The notes under the pieces were generated by a model. That model saw nothing but the letters and a program-made list of their open reading frames with translations. It was not told the DNA's origin and ran no database searches. From NCBI RefSeq assembly GCF_000179635.2, contig NC_014833.1, forward strand, positions 300,001 through 332,000: 32,000 bases of DNA, in the 5' to 3' direction. The stretch comes from Ruminococcus albus 7 = DSM 20455 (GTDB lineage: Bacteria > Bacillota > Clostridia > Oscillospirales > Ruminococcaceae). Positions 19,248-25,519 of the stretch are shown here, piece after piece. The translations under genes and the position numbers were made by a program. Every line of letters starts with the position of its first letter. Position 1 is the first letter of the stretch.

Positions 19248-19520
19248 ATGACAGAAATACAGGGAAGGCATAACGCCATACTGGAAGATCGCAGCAAACT
19301 GATGCTGACAGGTGTGAACGATGTTGAGAGATTTGATGAGAATACAGTGGTATTGTATACTCAGCTGGGAGAACTTACTATCAGGGGAGAAAAACTCCAT
19401 ATCAGCGAACTCAGCGTTGAGAACGGAGAACTGAATATTGATGGTGAGATATCCGCTGTTGTCTACGGTCAGCGAGATGCTGTAAAAAAGCTTGGCTTTT
19501 TCGGTAAGCTGTTGAGATGA
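19248..19520 (+). CDS. yabP: Sporulation protein YabP
   Basis: 90 aa. The pattern LMLTGVNDVERFDENTVVLYTQLGELTIRGEKLHISELSVENGELNIDGEI and the tail LGFFGKLLR match the YabP family (B. subtilis YabP ends ...KGFFSKLFR). GGAGGG SD. Confidence 0.85.
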   Translation: MTEIQGRHNAILEDRSKLMLTGVNDVERFDENTVVLYTQLGELTIRGEKLHISELSVENGELNIDGEISAVVYGQRDAVKKLGFFGKLLR

Positions 19521-19792
19521 CATTGTTTGAAGCTGCAGGGCAGCTGGGTGGGCTGCCCTCCGGGGTCATACTGGGTATGATATGGGGCTTGCTCTCGTTG
19601 CCGCAGCTGCACTGTCCCGGGTGGATGCGTTTTATCGGTGATATGCTGGCGGTGCTGATGTTCTCGTTTTGCCTTTTCATACTTGGCGTAGGTATAGAAG
19701 GTCATCTGAGATATCCTGTTGCTGCAGGGGCAGCTATCGGTTTCTGTGCAGTAAGATGTTTGTATGCTGTACTCCGAAGCAAGGCAAAATAA
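19517..19792 (+). CDS. yabQ: Spore cortex biosynthesis protein YabQ-like small membrane protein
   Basis: 91-aa, 3-TM protein with an ATGA overlap onto yabP. The call is mainly by conserved yabP-yabQ synteny and topology. Confidence 0.6.
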   Translation: MTLFEAAGQLGGLPSGVILGMIWGLLSLPQLHCPGWMRFIGDMLAVLMFSFCLFILGVGIEGHLRYPVAAGAAIGFCAVRCLYAVLRSKAK

Positions 19793-19794
19793 AA

Positions 19795-19824
19795 ATACCG
19801 TCTGCACATTTATGCGGACGGTAT
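19795..19824. terminator. Hairpin between convergent yabQ and radical-SAM genes
   Basis: ATACCGTC ... GACGGTAT stem with a 14-nt loop, A-rich before and T-rich after. It could serve both directions. Confidence 0.5.
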
Positions 19825-19829
19825 ACCTT

Positions 19830-20765
19830 TTATATCTTATCCCCCTGATACGCGTTCCTGCGAACCATTTCCATGTCGATGCCATTAAGCACACGCCGCT
19901 TATCACGGCTCCAAAGCGGTGCTATGAGCTCACTGCGGTCGCCGTCGCCTGTGAGCCTTTCGATTATCACCTTTGGCGGGATCAGTTCCAGCTGGTCGCA
20001 GATGATGCCTATATACTCGTCACGTTCCAGTGTGCGGAGATCTCCGCGTTCATACATATCTGCCAGAGAGGTGCCTTTAAGCACGTGAAGCAGATGAAGT
20101 TTTACTGCGTGTATATCCAGCTGTCCGATCGTGTATGCCGATCTTCGCATCATATCGGGCGTTTCGCCAGGCAGACCGTTTATCAGGTGTATGCACACAT
20201 TTACGTCCTCTGCACGAAGAAGTTCGTATGCCTCCAGAAGGTCATTATAAGTGTGACATCGGTTCATGGCGATGGCAGTGCTGTCAAATATTGTCTGCAA
20301 GCCCAGCTCTACTGTAAGATATGTGCGTTTTGCAAGGGCCCCGAGCATTTCTGCTTTCTCGCGGTCTATACAGTCGGCGCGTGTGGCGATGCTTAGACCT
20401 ACTGCGTTATCAAGTTCAAGGGCAGCTGAGAACATTTCTCTCAGTACGCCTATGTCTGCATAGGTGTTGCTGCCTGCCTGAAAGTATGGTATACAGAGTG
20501 CATCTGCCCATTTCTTTTCCATAATGGTGCGCACCTGAGAATATTGCTCCTCGATGCTCCTGCGGGGATCACCTGCGAAATTTCCGCTCATCCTGGCTGA
20601 GCAGAAAGCGCATCCGCCGATGCCTTTCGTACCGTCACGGTTGGGACAGCCGAGGTCTATATTCAGCGGTACTTTATATACCTTTTTGCCGAAGCGTTTT
20701 TTTAGGTAGTAATTATAGCTGTGATAGCGCTTGTTGTCATCGGAATATTCAAATGCATACATCAT
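19830..20765 (-). CDS. TIGR01212-family radical SAM protein
   Basis: 311 aa. YNYYLKKRFGKKVYKVPLNIDLGCPNRDGTKGIGGCAFCS is the characteristic N-terminus and Cys cluster of this family. The start overlaps the upstream stop (ATGA). Confidence 0.88.
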   Translation of the reverse strand: MMYAFEYSDDNKRYHSYNYYLKKRFGKKVYKVPLNIDLGCPNRDGTKGIGGCAFCSARMSGNFAGDPRRSIEEQYSQVRTIMEKKWADALCIPYFQAGSNTYADIGVLREMFSAALELDNAVGLSIATRADCIDREKAEMLGALAKRTYLTVELGLQTIFDSTAIAMNRCHTYNDLLEAYELLRAEDVNVCIHLINGLPGETPDMMRRSAYTIGQLDIHAVKLHLLHVLKGTSLADMYERGDLRTLERDEYIGIICDQLELIPPKVIIERLTGDGDRSELIAPLWSRDKRRVLNGIDMEMVRRNAYQGDKI

Positions 20766-21577
20766 TCTGAAGGTTCATCTATCGTGGGCGGATCTGTGTC
20801 GATGGGGTCCGTATCAGGCTTTGAATCAGGCTCATCTGTGATCGGTGGATCTGTGTCCGGCGGATCGGAGATATCATCCGTATTCTGTGAGGGTTCGGTC
20901 CGTACTGTTATGATGGTAGTGGTTGTTGTCACAGGCGGAGCGTTGTTGTTTGTGGTGGTGATATCTTCATCATTTTCGGATGTTGTGAATGTCCTGGAAG
21001 TGGAATCCGGTCTTGCTACCGCTGTTGTTCCTCCTCCCGGAGCAGTTTCTGCGTCGGCAGGTTCGGTGAGTGTATTGCCGTCCTTGTCGGTCATTACAGC
21101 CTTAGTGGTAACGGCGTTCTCATCACGTTCCTCGTCATCGGGCTCGAATGCATTGTGCTCGGCATCTTCAAGCTGACGTTCACGAAGGATATCATAGTTG
21201 CCGCTGCTTTTTTCGCTTATGGTATTTCCGATGCCGTAAAGGAATGATATATGTTCTTCTGCCGATCTCATCTGTTCGGGAATAGGCAGCTCACGGATAT
21301 ATCTTTCTTCAAGTCCCTTTGTAAACTCACCGCTGAGAAAGCTTTTTTTTGTCAGTATCAGTTCTTCCTCACTGCGTATCTTTCCACTGCTTACAGCCAG
21401 AAATGATACGGATATGAATATCATAAGTACAGAAAGTACCAGCAGGTTCAGATTATCGTAATGCCCCACACCTGTTTCAAGTGCGAGATATCTCACAGCA
21501 CGGTCATTTTCCGCGCACTCATCGGGCAGGTCTATCCCGGAGGATTCTGCTCTAAGCTTGCTGAATTGATCTTCCAT
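20762..21577 (-). CDS. Single-pass membrane protein with acidic Thr/Pro/Asp-rich disordered ectodomain
   Basis: The ATG at 21577 has GGAGG 5 nt upstream. An alternative ATG at 21595 would overlap the MBOAT-like stop (ATGA). One TM helix (LNLLVLSVLMIFISVSFLAV), a short structured-looking segment, then a low-complexity tail ending in TDPP(I)TDEP repeats. Confidence 0.7.
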   Translation of the reverse strand: MEDQFSKLRAESSGIDLPDECAENDRAVRYLALETGVGHYDNLNLLVLSVLMIFISVSFLAVSSGKIRSEEELILTKKSFLSGEFTKGLEERYIRELPIPEQMRSAEEHISFLYGIGNTISEKSSGNYDILRERQLEDAEHNAFEPDDEERDENAVTTKAVMTDKDGNTLTEPADAETAPGGGTTAVARPDSTSRTFTTSENDEDITTTNNNAPPVTTTTTIITVRTEPSQNTDDISDPPDTDPPITDEPDSKPDTDPIDTDPPTIDEPSE

Positions 21578-21591
21578 ATTTTCCTCCGTTC

Positions 21592-22968
21592 TCATACTGC
21601 GGCATTTGCAGCTAGTGTTATAACGCTTATTATAAGCACAGCAGCAGTTGCTATGGTCTTGCAGATGCGTATTGTACCATAGGAGCGTTTGCTCTGGGAT
21701 GAAAGCTTATCCGCAGAACCGGTTATCAGCTTGCGAACAGGCGTACATACAATGCAGAACGCTATTATTATAAGTACGATATTGTTTAGCACAGCATCTC
21801 TTACAGCAACGCTGAGGGTGTACTTCACACCTGAACCTATAAGTCCCTTCAGCCATTTGTGGTAGCCGTAAAATCCCTTGAATTCAAGTACTCCGAATAT
21901 CACAAGGCTTGTAAGTACCAGATATACATACTTGAAAAATACAGGCAGCTTAGCTAGTATAGCTTTAAGGAAAAGCTGTTCCAGCGCCACCAGCAGTCCT
22001 GCTGCGAGCCCTACCATCAGGCTTGTGGGCTTTACTGCGTACCAGAGTCCCATAAGTCCGCCGCATATTACAGCTCCGACAGCATTTCGTATCTTTGACT
22101 TGCTGTCAGGTATCCCGAGCAGGTCGCTGAAAAAAGCGATAACTGTTGAATTATAACTCTTTACCATGCCCGTGAAAAGTTCGTCAGCTTCGATATCCCT
22201 ATAGTTTATCGGAAGCATGAATCCTCCCATAAGGCTAAGACCGCGGCTCATATCACAAAGTCCAGTGAATATAAAATAGTACTGTGCAAAAAATGCCAGC
22301 ATACCCAGCCAGCAGCCAAGTGTGGTTATCTCGCTGCCGTTAAGACCGGCTGCGCGTATCTTGCGGAATACCTCTGAAAGAAGTACTATCTTGCCGAGAC
22401 CCCAGATCATTTTGTTAAGACCTGCATTCAGCTTGTCTGTGGTTACCTCGCGCTTTCTTATCTGCTTTTCCATATCACCGTAATGCACAACGGGACCCGC
22501 ACACATCAGGTGGAAGGATACCATATAAGTCATTATACAGAATACGTTTTTTTCAGCCTTTATCTTGCCGCGGTATACATCGGATACGTATGAGAACCCT
22601 CTAAGCGCGTAGTAACCTATACCCACAGGCAGTATCAACGCATCCATTCCAAGCTTTGTTCCCTCAAACAGGTAATTGTTGCCGAATATCAGCAGCAGCG
22701 CTGTATTCATCAATCCGTCGGCTGCGGTGACGACAGCTGCAGCAGGGCGGCTTTTCTTTCGCAGAGAATCAACAGCCAGGCCGAATGCCCAGTCTGCTAT
22801 CAGTGAAAGAAATATCAGACACAAGGCAAAGGGTCTGCCCCAGCTGAAAAACAGCAGCGATGTGATTATCAGTATCATATTCTTATATTCTGAACTTCTG
22901 TCCAGCATGGATAATACTGCCGAAAGCGGAAATAGTCCGAACAAAAAAATGAGGTCTGTGTAAGTCAA
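21592..22968 (-). CDS. MBOAT-like polytopic membrane protein (AlgI/DltB/PatA-related), apparently lacking the conserved histidines
   Basis: TTG start at 22968 with GGAG 8 nt upstream. 458 aa with about 10 TM helices. Segments YVSDVYRGKIKAEKNVFCIMTYMVSFHLMCAGPVVHY and FTGLCDMSRGLSLMGGFMLPINY resemble the MBOAT core. Confidence 0.75.
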   Translation of the reverse strand: MTYTDLIFLFGLFPLSAVLSMLDRSSEYKNMILIITSLLFFSWGRPFALCLIFLSLIADWAFGLAVDSLRKKSRPAAAVVTAADGLMNTALLLIFGNNYLFEGTKLGMDALILPVGIGYYALRGFSYVSDVYRGKIKAEKNVFCIMTYMVSFHLMCAGPVVHYGDMEKQIRKREVTTDKLNAGLNKMIWGLGKIVLLSEVFRKIRAAGLNGSEITTLGCWLGMLAFFAQYYFIFTGLCDMSRGLSLMGGFMLPINYRDIEADELFTGMVKSYNSTVIAFFSDLLGIPDSKSKIRNAVGAVICGGLMGLWYAVKPTSLMVGLAAGLLVALEQLFLKAILAKLPVFFKYVYLVLTSLVIFGVLEFKGFYGYHKWLKGLIGSGVKYTLSVAVRDAVLNNIVLIIIAFCIVCTPVRKLITGSADKLSSQSKRSYGTIRICKTIATAAVLIISVITLAANAAV

Positions 22969-23217
22969 GTTATTTTCTCCTTATATAGCAAGTTCAATTT
23001 AACTGAACTCAAAATGTCGTTGATCAGTTGCCGCATCCTATTGCCGATGATAAAAGGCAGTGCGCATTTGCTGCCGATTTTACGCGGCTTATAGCGATCG
23101 CGTCTGCAAGATGATACGGCTGTGATATAGTCTATTTACATTTTAGCACACTTCACAAAATTAGGCAAGTGAATTTATAAAGAAAATCTAAATTTTTATT
23201 TTTTTAACCATCATATA

Positions 23218-23245
23218 TTGCAAAATATTAAAAGTGTGTTATAAT
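23218..23245 (+). promoter_or_regulatory. Sigma-A type promoter of the epimerase gene
   Basis: TTGCAA (23218-23223), a 16-nt spacer, then TATAAT (23240-23245) with a TGn extension. Confidence 0.5.
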
Positions 23246-23389
23246 ATTATCATATAGAATTATGATAGTGCGCCTATCATATCGTGAAGACACGATACAT
23301 CCGGTTTATTATTGATGCAGACTATGGCACTGACAGCCTGCGTGGCGTCTGTGAGGGGAGAGGCGCGTTCTGGAAGGGGAGTGACAGAG

Positions 23390-24325
23390 ATGTCATCAAT
23401 ACTTGTTACAGGTGCCAGCGGCATGATAGGTCAGTATCTGACGTCAAGTCTGCTGCACAAAAAACATCGTGTCTATGCGGTCGATTCAAAACCGAATGAT
23501 TTTATTGGGTCAGATCCCAATTATAGCTTCGTACAGTGTGATATCACAGATAAAAAGACAGTAAGCGAGATAATGGATAACAACCATATCGATGTTGTTG
23601 TTCATCTGGCAAATTCAGTTGATAATGATATCGATCCGCTTATAACGGATGCTGAGATAAGGAAGAGCAAAGCGACCGATAAATATATCTATGCTGCGGC
23701 AGCAAAAAGCGGTGTCGGATGCTTCGTGCTCCTCAGTACCACAGATGTATACGGATTGCAGAAGGGCAGGGAACCTATCAGGGAAACTATTGCTGAAAAG
23801 GCTTTTACCTACTATTCTGAAATGAAGCTCACCAGCGAGAAGCTGATGGAGAAGGCTTTCAAAAAAAGCGATATCATAGAGGTAGTCGCAAGGGCGGCAC
23901 CTGTCTACGATGCCGAGCATACGGATAACCTCCACGCACACGTCTATGACAACAAAGAAAATGTAGGCTATGTTTTTGGTGATGGCGATTACGGATATAC
24001 TTTCTGCTGTGTATTCAATCTGATAGATTTTATAAACGGCATAATCTCTGTGCCTCAGGGCAGATACGGCGGTGTGTATAATGTCTGTGATTCCAGGCAG
24101 ACTAACGCCCATGAGATAATCGAGTATGAAAAAGAACGTCACCGTATCGGTGCGGTCATACAGCGTTCACCCGGAAGTGAAAAAGCCATGCTGTTCAATA
24201 AGGGCAAGATGAGAGCGGATTATCGTTATTTTGATCCTACACTCACCTATAACAATTGGCTGTTCGATAATACCCGCGCCAAGCGTATCGCGCCCATGAG
24301 GTGGAATCTCGGCAATACCAAATAA
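23390..24325 (+). CDS. NAD-dependent epimerase/dehydratase family (extended SDR) protein
   Basis: Start placed at 23390 (GGAAGGGGAG SD; MSSILVTGASGMIGQYL Rossmann motif). YxxxK is present in YSEMK. 311 aa. Confidence 0.85.
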   Translation: MSSILVTGASGMIGQYLTSSLLHKKHRVYAVDSKPNDFIGSDPNYSFVQCDITDKKTVSEIMDNNHIDVVVHLANSVDNDIDPLITDAEIRKSKATDKYIYAAAAKSGVGCFVLLSTTDVYGLQKGREPIRETIAEKAFTYYSEMKLTSEKLMEKAFKKSDIIEVVARAAPVYDAEHTDNLHAHVYDNKENVGYVFGDGDYGYTFCCVFNLIDFINGIISVPQGRYGGVYNVCDSRQTNAHEIIEYEKERHRIGAVIQRSPGSEKAMLFNKGKMRADYRYFDPTLTYNNWLFDNTRAKRIAPMRWNLGNTK

Positions 24326-24338
24326 TAATGTATCCAAG

Positions 24339-24366
24339 GCACTCCTGTTTATCGGGGGTGCTTTTT
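24339..24366 (+). terminator. Rho-independent terminator of the epimerase gene
   Basis: GCACTCC ... GGGGTGC stem followed by TTTTT. Confidence 0.7.
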
Positions 24367-24531
24367 CGTTAATGACCATACCTGATAATTATAGTATACT
24401 TTTTTGAAAAACAGGCGAAAACGGACGGAAATCTTTATGACATAATTTTATTAAGTGTGGTAATGAGTATACAAAAATTAGGTGAAGAATTATGCATATC
24501 TACAAAGCTGCCAAGTTGACTGTGCAAAATC

Positions 24532-24560
24532 TTGACAAGTACACTTGGCAGTGATATAAT
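24532..24560 (+). promoter_or_regulatory. Consensus sigma-A promoter of the membrane protein/XRE operon
   Basis: TTGACA (24532-24537), a 17-nt spacer, then TATAAT (24555-24560). Confidence 0.6.
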
Positions 24561-24569
24561 ACAGTCATA

Positions 24570-24583
24570 CCAAGTAAACTTGG
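24570..24583. promoter_or_regulatory. Candidate operator palindrome CCAAGTAAACTTGG
   Basis: Perfect inverted repeat (CCAAGT-AA-ACTTGG) about 10 nt downstream of the -10. Related 9-mers are CTGCCAAGT at 24508-24516 and ACTTGGCAG at 24543-24551. Confidence 0.45.
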
Positions 24584-24627
24584 CAGAATACCAATAAAAC
24601 TGTGCATATCAAGATAGGAAGATGACT

Positions 24628-24984
24628 ATGGATAAAGAAAGAGTATTGGCAATGAGCCGCGAAGAATATGAATATGAAGACTTAGCTGAAAGGGAAGCGT
24701 GCGAAAAAGGTGCTATTAAAACACACGCGGTGTTGTTCTATATTTGTATAGGGCTGTTTGTTCTGGATTTTTTGTTTGCTCATCATATCAATGCTGGGTA
24801 CCTTTTGATAACAACACTGGACAATGCGATCAAATATAGAAATAAATCAATAATTTCCAAAAAGAAGAAAGATTTGATCTGTTTTGTGCTGTTGACAGTG
24901 GCTTTGTTCGTAGATTTGATAGTAATAGCCATATTTTATTATGTTGACACAGTTATGCCAACAGGTTTTATACGAAGAATTTGA
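24628..24984 (+). CDS. Small membrane protein of the kind paired with XRE regulators in Firmicutes (DUF6442-like, tentative)
   Basis: MDKERVLAMSREEYEYEDLAEREACEKGA followed by TM helices. The ATG at 24628 has better SD spacing (AGGAAG) than the ATG at 24622. Confidence 0.7.
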   Translation: MDKERVLAMSREEYEYEDLAEREACEKGAIKTHAVLFYICIGLFVLDFLFAHHINAGYLLITTLDNAIKYRNKSIISKKKKDLICFVLLTVALFVDLIVIAIFYYVDTVMPTGFIRRI

Positions 24985-24988
24985 TGCT

Positions 24989-25198
24989 ATGGACGAAACA
25001 CTAATTCTGAAAAACCACCTGAAAGAAGCTCGCGCAGAAAAGAGGATATCTCAGGGGGCACTTGCGAAAATGGTGGGCGTATCGAGAAATACCATAAGCT
25101 CCATTGAGACAGGGCAGTTTTCCCCTACTGCGAAACTTGCACTTATAATATGTATAGCCCTGGATAAAAAATTCGAGGAGCTGTTTTACTTTGATTGA
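24989..25198 (+). CDS. XRE/Cro-family helix-turn-helix transcriptional regulator (69 aa)
   Basis: Start placed at 24989 (MDETLILKNHLKEARAEKRISQGALAKMVGVSRNTISSIETGQFSPT is a classic HTH_3). It starts 5 nt after the upstream stop. Confidence 0.88.
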   Translation: MDETLILKNHLKEARAEKRISQGALAKMVGVSRNTISSIETGQFSPTAKLALIICIALDKKFEELFYFD

Positions 25199-25203
25199 TG
25201 AAA

Positions 25204-25237
25204 AATCCCTTTCCGTACTGCGGACGGGGATTTTTTT
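25204..25237 (+). terminator. Rho-independent terminator of the XRE operon
   Basis: AATCCC..TCCGT-actgcgg-ACGG..GGATT stem followed by TTTTTTT. Confidence 0.7.
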
Positions 25238-25431
25238 GACGTATTATGATATTTAAGATGTATACACAGTGAATAGGTAAAAAGCACTGTTCATATCCCA
25301 TTTATTTTTCATTCTTAAAAAGTGCGTCAAAAGGCCGTTTTTGTAGAATGTGCATAGAAGTGTTATATAAATATTGTTGAAAATTTTCTAACTAAAAATT
25401 GCCGCAAACTATGGTAATTTTGGCGGAAATC

Positions 25432-25440
25432 TGTTATAAT
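25432..25440 (+). promoter_or_regulatory. Extended -10 element (TGTTATAAT) upstream of ppdK
   Basis: TGnTATAAT lies 80 nt upstream of the ppdK ATG. The -35 is poor. Confidence 0.4.
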
Positions 25441-25519
25441 ATATTTATGACCGTAAATTGTCCAGCGGTGTGCTGTGCAAAAAAAACGGAATTCAAAATT
25501 TTTTGGAGGTAGATAACCT

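Noticed and set aside
19158-19906. Minus-strand ORFs (121, 89 and 145 aa) across yabP/yabQ
   Set aside because: They overlap the well-supported yabP (family match, SD) and yabQ genes and have no motifs or start signals.
20721-21176. 151-aa plus-strand ORF rich in Ser/Gly/Val
   Set aside because: It is the mirror image of the Asp/Thr/Pro-rich repeat region of the minus-strand gene. Repetitive low-complexity DNA keeps both strands open.
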